Shown here: positions 25,611 to 35,344 of the stretch, one piece after another
How positions within the stretch are numbered: position 1 is the first letter of the stretch
How the letters are laid out: each line of letters starts with the position of its first letter
From: Tubiluchus corallicola
Lineage: Eukaryota > Animalia > Priapulida
DNA length: 58,044 bases
Direction: 5' to 3'
NCBI GenBank assembly: GCA_030141605.1
Contig: JAQGDQ010001164.1
Span: 1 to 58,044 of the forward strand
The notes under the pieces: generated by a model
Database searches by the model: none
What the model saw: the letters and a program-made list of their open reading frames with translations, nothing else
What the model was told of the DNA's origin: nothing
Made by a program: the position numbers and the translations under genes

Positions 25611-25937
25611 TTTGTGGGAAAAGAGAGTAGTCAAGTGGTCAAGTTGTGTGCTTAACGAGAAAAGTTTAGCGATATTGAGGCCGAGCAGTGGATGGATGGG
25701 TGACAGCATGTGAATTCAATACTGGGTTTAGGAATTTCGTTCTTCGTGGTGATTTTGGTTGTTTGCTTCATCGAAGTAGGTTGTATTCACATTCAAATGG
25801 GGAAACGCCATTTCCAGTTCAGTGCCTCAGCTTGGAAGTTTTGTCTTGAGATGGAACTACATTCCCGTCCCTCCACAATCATGCACATTAGGTAAGCCTT
25901 GCTACTGAGTCCTTGATTAGTTCTCTGTTTTTCATAC

Positions 25938-25954
25938 TCACACACACACACACA

Positions 25955-26050
<96 letters not shown>
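25938..26050. repeat. (CA)n(CT)n microsatellite
   Basis: Read directly, about 340 bp upstream of the protease ATG. Confidence 0.95.
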
Positions 26051-26053
<3 letters not shown>

Positions 26054-26389
26054 CTTGTCTTACAGAGTCAGCCCCCATTATCACCTCTCTATTTGTCAAC
26101 GTAATTATGTGATTTTGAGTGACCATTCGTAGATCACGCCCACACACATTTTGCTGCTGGCTCACTGGGCCGGAGGGGTCAGTCACGGCGCAAAGGTTCT
26201 CGGAATTGTAACACCTGATCCACCTCAGTGACTTTTTTGAATGCAGCTGACAGCCTTGGACAGCCGTCTCACAGCAGCACGTACAAGCTCATCTTTCTGC
26301 TCAAAATGCTGTACCTCGCCATACTAATATAACTTTTCTGCGTTTTTAACAACAATGAATTGAGCGAGAAAATAAACGAACGTTAAAAA

Positions 26390-28663
26390 ATGAGACGGCG
26401 GGTGGACATATTATTGTTCTCGTTTTGGGTGTTTTCCCTTAGTGCCAGAGCACAAGAAAAGTGCGCAGATTTTGACGAGCCAGTGTCCGCGGCATTGTCC
26501 TTTCTAGATGGTTCTAACGCAGTGCGGTCTCGAGGTAGACTTGTGGAGATGAAGCAAAGAGAAGACGACATACTGATGTCTGTGGAAGTACCTGCGTCCG
26601 AGTGCGCGAACTGGAATAGTACCATCGTCACACAAACTTCTCAGGGAAATTTATTGTTTCTGCACCATGCGCCCATAGCGTATGTGGACGGACCACAGTC
26701 GTCAGTAGAAAGTGGTGCTAGAGACGTTACCATCACCTGCAACGTGGTGGCTCAACCAACTGACATAACGGAAGTTCGGTGGTTCAAAAATGGCAGAGAG
26801 ACATTTACAAATCTTCCTCGCAAGTTTAGAGTGACATTGGGTGAAACTCCCTCATTGACGTTCATATCTGTGGCAGATGATGACGGCGGAGCTTGGCAGT
26901 GTCGGGCCAGAAACACAGTTGGATTTGGGCCACTGAGTTTACCATTTACTATGATTGTGACCCCTCGACCCGTTGTGGCATTTGCGCCCAGGATATTGAG
27001 AAGGCAGAGCAATGGAGACACGGTCGAAGAAAATTCGGAGGTTATCTATACCATACCCTGCGAGTTTGAAGCAAGCCCCGACGTGTTGCAAGAGGTTGAG
27101 TGGCGCAAGGACAACAGAAAACTTGTGACCAAGATGTCGCCACTGTACTCCGGAGGAACCACAACATCACCATCGTTGAAGATCCATGGCATTGATGATA
27201 GTGTAGCTGGCAGTTACACCTGCCGTTTGAGAAATGCTGTCGGTTTTGGAAGTTTTAGTCCAGCATTTTTACTGCAAGTTGTCTCCCCATTATCTTGTAC
27301 AGGTGGTGACATTCAGAGGATAACAGTGACCTCCGGATCAGAAGACCTCAGATGCGACATTAGAGGGGGGATGTCACCCAATTTACCAGCCTCTTTTGAA
27401 TGGTTGCGTAACGGCCAGCGTGTTTCAAATTCCAGAACCAGTGGTCCACGTACGTCAATTCTTACAGTGAGTACTGCACGCCGTGAACAACTTGGTGACT
27501 ATGACTGCATTGCTACTGTGATGGACCCATTGCCAAAACAAATAAATTGCCAATTTATCTTGTCGGATGATGATCAAATTGATGAGCAATTCTGTCCAGA
27601 TTTCGAAGAGGTCAAAAGTTCGACGAGACGAGTTGTCAGAAGTATCCCCCCGAGAGGTGTGTTTCGCCCCAACCCACCACATGGATTTTTTGCTAAAAAC
27701 GACAAGCTTGAATATCAGTGCAACGCCTTCTACAAGTTTGCACCTCTGATTCGGTTTGGCACTATAGTAACAAGCGATAACGGCGAACGGACTTGTGGGA
27801 ATGTCGAGGCAACAAAATGGGCACCCGAAGCACCTCCGACTTGCACACCAGAGTGTGGCAGATCCTTTGCCAGCCGTCTAAACACCATCATTGGAGGCAA
27901 TGTGACGAATCCGCGGCAGTGGCCATGGATGGCATCCATTAGAATAGGAAATCAGTTTTTGTCAAGACATATATGTGGTGGAGCACTTCTGGGTAAGCGA
28001 TTGGTGGTCACTGCTGCGCATTGTGTAACAAAGCGACCGAATTCAAATGAAGCAATCAATAAAGACAGGATTGTGGTATCACTCGGAAAACGAAGACGAG
28101 AAGACGCAGATGATGATCCAGCTACTCTACAAACTTTTAAAGTTGCGAATATAATAATCCACTTCCATTATGATCACCGTAACACTGACTCCGACATTGC
28201 AGTCATATTCTTGGAAGACGACGCAGAAATCACCGAATTCGTCCAGCCTGTCTGTCTGCCTGAACGCGACTTCGATCCCGGCATAGAAGGTATCGTCACT
28301 GGATGGGGCGTCACTGAACGAAACACCACATCCGATGTCCTCTTGGAGGCAAGATTGCCAATTATTGATCAGGGAAAGTGTCAAGCTTCTTTTGACAGCA
28401 TCCCCAATCGAGCACCAATTCAACTAACTCCTAACATGATGTGCGTTGGAAACGAAGACGGAAGCGGAGGCACTTGCTCCGGAGATAGTGGTGGTCCATT
28501 TGTCGTGGGAACAAGAAATCAGAATAAAATCGTGTATAGACTAGCGGGTATTGTGAGTTTTGTTACCGATGAAGGATGTGGTCTTGCAAACAGATATGCA
28601 GTCTTTACCAGAGTAGCCCGATTTATCGACTGGCTTGCTCTGTTCAGTATTGATGAATTCTGA
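26390..28663 (+). CDS. Secreted modular S1 serine protease: signal peptide, 3 Ig-like domains, Sushi/CCP domain, chymotrypsin-fold domain (single coding exon, 757 aa)
   Basis: Signal ILLFSFWVFSLSARA. Ig motifs C..WFKNG..DGGAWQC, C..WRKD..AGSYTC and C..WLRNG..GDYDC. CCP C..YQC..RTC..W...PTC. IIGG; intact triad TAAHC, DIAV, GDSGG. Confidence 0.93.
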   Translation: MRRRVDILLFSFWVFSLSARAQEKCADFDEPVSAALSFLDGSNAVRSRGRLVEMKQREDDILMSVEVPASECANWNSTIVTQTSQGNLLFLHHAPIAYVDGPQSSVESGARDVTITCNVVAQPTDITEVRWFKNGRETFTNLPRKFRVTLGETPSLTFISVADDDGGAWQCRARNTVGFGPLSLPFTMIVTPRPVVAFAPRILRRQSNGDTVEENSEVIYTIPCEFEASPDVLQEVEWRKDNRKLVTKMSPLYSGGTTTSPSLKIHGIDDSVAGSYTCRLRNAVGFGSFSPAFLLQVVSPLSCTGGDIQRITVTSGSEDLRCDIRGGMSPNLPASFEWLRNGQRVSNSRTSGPRTSILTVSTARREQLGDYDCIATVMDPLPKQINCQFILSDDDQIDEQFCPDFEEVKSSTRRVVRSIPPRGVFRPNPPHGFFAKNDKLEYQCNAFYKFAPLIRFGTIVTSDNGERTCGNVEATKWAPEAPPTCTPECGRSFASRLNTIIGGNVTNPRQWPWMASIRIGNQFLSRHICGGALLGKRLVVTAAHCVTKRPNSNEAINKDRIVVSLGKRRREDADDDPATLQTFKVANIIIHFHYDHRNTDSDIAVIFLEDDAEITEFVQPVCLPERDFDPGIEGIVTGWGVTERNTTSDVLLEARLPIIDQGKCQASFDSIPNRAPIQLTPNMMCVGNEDGSGGTCSGDSGGPFVVGTRNQNKIVYRLAGIVSFVTDEGCGLANRYAVFTRVARFIDWLALFSIDEF

Positions 28664-29317
28664 TTCTTACAAACTTTGCATCTTTGGCTGTAAGCATTTT
28701 TGTTGATGAGACTAATAGTCTAGAGGTCATGTGCGAACAGTTGGGAGAAACTTGCTGAAAAGAATCACGGCGTTTAAACCCATATTAAGTTTTCTATGGA
28801 CAAGTTACGGAAATCCCAACAAATTCGTCATTTTGAGCCCCGAACTGGAGAAGACATTGTATGTGAACGTGTGTTTGGAAAGTTTAGATTTTCACAGGTC
28901 TTTCAATGGATTCAGGAAAGTTGTTTCTGGACGTTTCCGTCGGCCATTCTATTCTTTGTTAAAAACAAGGAGAGTTCCGTATAAGGACGTCCTTACCAGA
29001 GCCAAAGTAAAGCAAAAATGCCAGTATTGTGACAACATGAGTATACAGGTGGTTTCTGCGTGCGTACTGGACAGTAATGGGTGTAACCATCACTAAAATA
29101 TCCAATTACTATCTGCTTTTGTATGTTTAAGTTACAAGAGATTTCATGTTGCTGTATTAATGTGTGTTTGCAGCTCTGTATGCGCCTGGGCTCTGCCTAT
29201 ACTGACACAGGAAGCATTAAAGTTAACTTAATTTTTTTATTACAGGTACTTAAAAACATTTATAGTTAAAACGTAAGAACTTTGTTAAAACTTTCAATTT
29301 ACATAGTTAAAAAATCA

Positions 29318-29631
29318 TGTCAAACGTTTCGGCAAAGCTACTGCTGTCGTCATCAGTGGTTAATTTTTACAAACATACAACCAGTTTACAACTTGAAATA
29401 TTAATGAAAGAAAGTTTATCTATGTACCCTAATGAGCCTTTTAATGTACAAAGCAGTCCAATTCCTTTAAATTTGTTCTCAGACTCTTTTTTTACTGGTC
29501 TGCTTCTGCATTTCTTATTTTCCTTTTTGTAAAATACGCAATTAGTAAATAATGTTCTATACTGTAGGCTCTGCCTATGTAAACAGGTGTATGTTTGTAC
29601 AAATTTACCACTGATGATGACAGCAGTAGCT
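29318..29631 (-). mobile_element. Penelope-like element remnant with minimal hammerhead-like motif and inverted partial pLTR
   Basis: Minus strand 29360-29320 reads CTGATGA-CGACAGCAGTAGCTTTGCC-GAAACGTT. An inverted partial copy lies at about 29589-29631. Confidence 0.55.
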
Positions 29632-29831
29632 CTATAGCTATAAGAAGTTAGCTTTAACTATAGAAGTTAACTCATTGGAAACTTATTGTAATTAACCGTA
29701 AGGTAATTCTTGCCAGTAAACAGATTTTTTGTAATGATGATTGTAAATACATGACTGAATTGGTGTACTTGTAATCATCTACCGTTCGTCTCATAATGTC
29801 TTTTGTTATGGGGGGGCGGTTCACTGCCATT

Positions 29832-30353
29832 CAGTGGCGGCTCGTGTATAGGTACTGTGGAACTGCAGCACCCACTATTTTCACTACATATTATTGATAA
29901 TATTCAATATAATATTTTTTTTTCTTTAGTTCTTTCTTTATACTTGTATGGAACCGTAAGGGTAGTACTGTTTGCTTCACAGCCCAGCACAGTGCGCTCC
30001 AGCAACGCGGTATTTGGCTGCTTGTGGGTGTGCAGCCAGGTGCACATGTCTGAACCCAGGTAGAAAAAGTACTGTCGCTCACACAGTTTGTTGTCCGCTA
30101 TTACGTGTCTACCGTGAATGTATCAAGCTTAGGCTTAAACTGTGACATTTTAGGCTATTAGTAAGCAAAAAATATTTTTTGTTTAGGAATTTATCAAGTT
30201 TATGTATAAACTTTCGTGTGTTTGTTTGTTAAAAAACGCAATTACAAAATTAAAATTACATATTATATTTGTTTCGTTTTACACAGTATTAAAACAACGG
30301 CTAAAAACTTTCGGAAGCAACACTTCACTAATTTTACCTACGAGCCGCCACTG
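29832..30353. mobile_element. hAT-like MITE
   Basis: TIR CAGTGGCGGCTCGT / ACGAGCCGCCACTG; degenerate 8-bp TSD CTGCCATT/TTGCAATT; the same 5' end recurs at about 37112. Confidence 0.75.
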
Positions 30354-31384
30354 TTGCAATTGTGGTTATGGTCAACTTGCAAAGTATGTACGCAGCCGCT
30401 TTCAAGTACCGAGACGATCTGTTTGCGGTTGCCGTGTGCTCTAAAGAAAACTAAGCCGGATCTTGTTTATCTCCCTCGGGCTAGAGTCAGGTGTTTTGAC
30501 TGTAGTAGGTACATGTTGGCTATATTTAACTGGCTGAGTCTTCGTGTTCTGTAGGAACGCTTTGCACTTTGGAACTGCTTATCAAACAAGATGAATATTC
30601 ATTCATAGACATAGAACATTTATTTTCTCCAATTAGTTTAACATCAAAAGTTTTTTGAATATTAAGTAATTATAATCATGGAGCAGGGCAGGGAAGGACC
30701 ATAGGGTCATCTAGTCTCCTGCCCTTTCTTATAAATAGATTAGTATATTAAAAATTAACGGCGATGTTGCAGATAACAAAAACAAATAAGAAAAATAAAT
30801 AATAATAACTGTATAAACCATACAAATTATCCAAAAAGAACTGAAAACGAAAAATAATGAAGTTAGATACCTAAATCTAAACAAAACAATACAATTATTC
30901 AGTAATTAGGATTATTATACGTAGCAGTTTCAAATGGGGTCTTATTAACAGGGGAATTTGACCAAGATTAGTGAGTAAAGTTAAAAAATGAGAGTATGGA
31001 AAGAAAAAATAAGCATCAAAAAAGTGTAATATAGAAAAATTTATGAGAAAGAGCAACAATTACTTAGGAGACGAGGAGGAAAAAAGAAAAGAAAAAAACT
31101 CGCTAGTTTGCCTATTAGTCTTACAAGTTATGTACTACAGGTATATCACTTTTTCCGAGCGACGTAAGACGGTGTCTACACGTTAGTAGGATGTAAAAGT
31201 TCTGATTATAAAAATTCTGCAATAAACGAATAACCATAATTATATCTCCATATTGTTGCTGTAGTTGCCGACGCTGTTGTTAGTGTTATTGTTGTCGTTG
31301 CTGCAGAATGTCGCCGTTGCTTTTGCAGTTACCGTTACCTCTGATAGGCAAAGTCATTGTTTTTGCTCTGCTGCAGTTACTGCC

Positions 31385-31415
<31 letters not shown>

Positions 31416-31634
31416 TCGTTGTCGTTTCGATGTTGTTGTCGCTGTCATCACTCATAGTCATGGCTGTCATTATCATTGCAGTTGCTGTTGCCGCTATCGT
31501 TGCTCTGCCGCCATTGCTGTCATTACCATTGCAGTTGCTGTTGCCGCTATCGTTGCTCTGCCGCCATTGCTGTCACTGTTGCTGTTTATTTGCTGTTCCT
31601 GTTGCTACTGCTGTTGTTGTTTTTGTGCCGCGGC

Positions 31635-31958
31635 AAAAATCACACAGGTAAAAATGGTACAGTAAAAAAGGCACAGGAAAAAATAGCACAACTGGAAAAG
31701 CGGGTAAAAATGACACGGGTAAAAATGGCACAGGAAAAAAGGCACGGGAAAAAATAGCACAAATGGAAAAGCGGGTAAAAATGACACGGGTAAAAATGGC
31801 ACAGGAAAAAATCGCACAAATGAAAAAGTAAGTAAAAATGACACAGGAAAAATTCCACGGTAAAAACGGCATTGAAAAAATGGCGCAGGAAAAAATGGCA
31901 CAGGGGAAAATGGCACAGGAAAAATGGCACAAATGACAAAATAGGAAAAAATGGCACA
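31635..31958. repeat. Minisatellite of about 15-bp GGAAAAAATGGCACA-like units, preceded by a (GTT/GCT)-rich tract from about 31250
   Basis: Read directly; source of the CAIF/CHF ORFs. Confidence 0.85.
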
Positions 31959-32829
31959 TATGTTATTTTGATGCAATTGATTTCTGTAATGAAACTAGAA
32001 TGCACTCAGTAGAAAGCGAATCCCTGCCAAAGCCGAAAAATCATAAACCAAGTGGCTAGGATTACGGTGTAGAGCAATTATTTTAGCTATTTTTACCTCT
32101 GCCAAGACATTTATGCTTCAACACAGCTTGTTCGTCTGTTTGTTCGCTTGCTTTTCGTCTGTTATGGTAAAAACTATCTAAAAAATTTCGAACAATCTTT
32201 GTAAGAAAGGTGGGTATAGAGTTGCCAAAATTGGCATATTTTCACCCGTTTTTTCACGAAATTTGATAGAACACCGCGTACAAAAGAAGTGAGTGAAGCA
32301 CTTCATGGACGTCTCAGAGAGAGCGTTTAGTATTTCTTTTTATTATCTCCACTGGGCCACACAACTACGAGTTAGTTCCAGGTTCCATTTCTAGAAAATC
32401 GCGCTTGCAAAACTGTGTAACGCTGTCTATAACGCTTGACCATGGTTTCATGGAAGACCTTATTGATTCCTCAAGAGAATCCAGCCTATAACTTTTATGT
32501 GACCGCAGGCCACCAGAAAAGTTGGTGTGTCCAAGGTAACAAACGTGTTCTACATGTACTTCTAATGCATAACTAAATGCTTATGCTGCAAGAACTCAGT
32601 GGGTGGACTACTTACAGGACAATAGTTTTTCAAAATCCAGTTTCTGTGTGCAAACAGGATAACACGAAGCAATGTTACAGAGCCCCAGAAATGGCTTAGA
32701 GTGGCAACGGTCGGAAGTGGATCAATTTCCTCATCAAACCACACTTGTTTTGAATTGTTTTGAAAAATCTGGGTAAAAAAATATTGTCATGGCAGTACAT
32801 TGCGTCGCAAGGAGCAAAGAGACTATTAA

Positions 32830-33440
32830 AGGAAGACAGCATGATTTTTCATATACTACCCCATTTTCAAGTCTCATAAAAATTATACATTTTAACACAA
32901 TTAATACTGCAAAAGCGTTTCTGATAATTAAATAATAATTTAAAAACTTAATTAATGGCGGGCGAGTCCGACTATTGATGACATCACAAATTAACATAAT
33001 TTTCAACATGAAAAATACTCTGTGAGCGAGTTGCACATGTTTGTGAAAGAGAAAATTGAAGTACGTTGCTACTGTAATATATTCAGTGTGTTGCACTAAA
33101 GCTAGGAAAGTTTTAAGGTAAAAATTCAAATTTATCGCTGAGCTCACGCGTGAGCTGTCAAACGTGTGTAGTTCGTCACAAACTAACTCATTTGAACTGA
33201 GAAGTACATCACATGTTTTTCTGCAATACATTTCTAAAATGCAGGTGCTAGTGCCCGTCTAACTAGCAAATGGCAAAATGCATGTAACAGGGAACACCTA
33301 ATGACACGAACGTGAAACTGCGTTTGCGTGGTAATAATTCTTTCACGTAAATCATTTTTGAAAAACTATTATAGTTACTTTTAATATTTTAAAGAGTAGA
33401 TTGTTCTGACTTACAGTTTAAGATTGGGTCCGGTTTTGCT
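32830..33440 (+). mobile_element. Family A Kolobok/T2-like MITE, full length
   Basis: TTAA|AGGAAGACAGCA...TCCGGTTTTGCT|TTAA. Confidence 0.85.
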
Positions 33441-33476
33441 TTAATACAGAAAAATTAGTAGTATCCCTAGGCAAGC

Positions 33477-33797
33477 AATGTAGAAGTTCTTCAACGAGCG
33501 CAGTCATTGCGGTTACAAGATATAGTTACAGAGAGAAGAATGAAACTGGCTGGACATATTCTCCGTCTATCAGAAAGTCGTTACGCCAAAACAGCAGTAC
33601 AGTGGGAACCACCTGGTGGGAAACGAAAAAGAGGTCGGCCAAAAACAACGTGGCGCAGATCCTTCAAAGAAGACCTTCGAGCTGTCAACATACGTTGGGA
33701 AAACGTAGAGAACGAAGCCGCCGATAGAACTCAGTGGAAAATGCTGTCTGCCCAATGTGCATCAATGCGCAGGAAGGACTAAGGTCTAAGGTAAGGT
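33477..33797 (+). mobile_element. 5'-truncated RTE-clade LINE insertion
   Basis: RRMKLAGHILRL...WEPPGGKRKRGRPKTTWRR...AADRTQW matches the RTE ORF C-terminus; short (TAAGG)-type tail; 10-bp TSD CTAGGCAAGC at 33467 and 33798. Confidence 0.9.
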
Positions 33798-34444
33798 CTA
33801 GGCAAGCGCATGCAAGAAGATAAATTTGAGGATCTCAGTAAATTGCAGTGTTTTTGGGTTGTCTATAGGGCCATCATTTGCCTTCGTTATGATCAGTGGA
33901 TGCAGGTGTTGCAGTAATCATCTTCCAAGAGTTGTAATCAAGACTAACTTCTAAGCCCCTTTTCTGCTAGAGAGTAATTTCAGTATAGACAGGACAGCAC
34001 ATTGCAGAGCTAAATTCTTCCTCTCATGTCCCGATGTAAACAAAGTGCCCAAGTCATCAAAAATGTCCATTGGATACCCATAGGTCGTCAGTCAATACCT
34101 TATTACAGGTTGCATGACTTAACGCAAAATAATTAAGATGGGCCTGGAGCAAATATTAGGCATGCATGGCGCGACAGCTTACATTATTAGGGTTACATTG
34201 ACCATGCTATTTCTCTAATACTCTACCAGAAGGGCAAAATATTTTAAGCCATTGTATCCTGTGTCATCAATTTTTTTTCTGCTATTACAATCTTAATTTA
34301 CAGGGGGTAAGTGACTAGAGGACCTACGGTCTCTCCTCGCACCACCTCCATGGATAAAGTAATTTTTTGTAAAATGGAAATTTGCTACACATTGTTGGAG
34401 GAAATAAATATCTATGTCTATATATACAGGTGTCTATGTCAATG

Positions 34445-34806
34445 TATGCTTATGATAACATCCCAGTCCTTTAAAGCAACGTGTGATCTTTATAATTCTG
34501 TAAATGTAGGCCTACTTATCAATAATAGCTAACCGCAGTAGGTGCCAGTTCTTTACTGTCTCTTTATAACATGGATTATTCATGAACATAAGACACTGAT
34601 TGAATAATTAATATATATATTATTATATATGTTATATATTAGTCAGTTCATTCAGTGTCTTATGTTCATGAATAATCCGTGTTATAATGAGACAGTAAAT
34701 ATCTGGTACCTACCACCATCAGCTATTATTGGTGAGAAGGCCTACATTTTAAGAATTATGATTATCACTCATTGCTGTAAAGGACTGAGATGTTATCATA
34801 AGCATA
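34445..34806. mobile_element. Foldback MITE / long imperfect palindrome
   Basis: Arms of about 165 bp (TATGCTTATGATAACATC...GATGTTATCATAAGCATA) around an (AT)-rich centre. Confidence 0.8.
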
Positions 34807-35115
34807 GCCTAAAATATTTTGCCCTTTTCGTAAATTAAGAGGCAGTAACTAACACGTAGTTTTTGTAAGTATTAGGACACTATCAAGTGTTCACTGAGTT
34901 ACTGTTTCCCTGCAATAAATGCCTTGTCAAACAATTTGTTTTTCGTTGTTACCTATATTTTACCTATATCCAAATGTGTGATGTAGTAGCAAGTTTAAAG
35001 ATGGTTGTAATACGCAAAAAAATCTGCTACAACAGTTCGTCTTTTCTAACACGTGGAAACACATAATAAATATTTTATTATTACAGCTAGTAATCATAAC
35101 AGCATTCAAGTAAGA

Positions 35116-35230
35116 TTGGCGGTTTGAAATTTGAATGAACGCACGCGCGTGATGAACGCGGAGAATTATCTTACGACCACATTAGTTTGCATTTCTTGTC
35201 GCAAGGTGGCAGGCCGCGCTTCCGCCATTT
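35116..35230 (+). promoter_or_regulatory. CpG-enriched KDM3 promoter with E2F/CDE-CHR-like and YY1-like motifs
   Basis: TTGGCGG at 35116 abutting TTTGAA at 35123 and 35130; CCGCCATTT at 35222; 115-230 bp upstream of the ATG. Confidence 0.4.
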
Positions 35231-35344
35231 CTGCCTTTAAGATTTTTCAGAGCAGTAGGTGACGAATGTCACGTTCGTTAGAAAACAAAAGTTTGCAGGG
35301 CAGGGCCTTAAAACGCAGGCCAGGATGTCTCTTGCAGAAGTATT

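Noticed and set aside
31265-32005. Hydrophobic or Cys-rich ORFs
   Set aside because: Translations of (GTT/GCT) low-complexity sequence and a 15-bp minisatellite.
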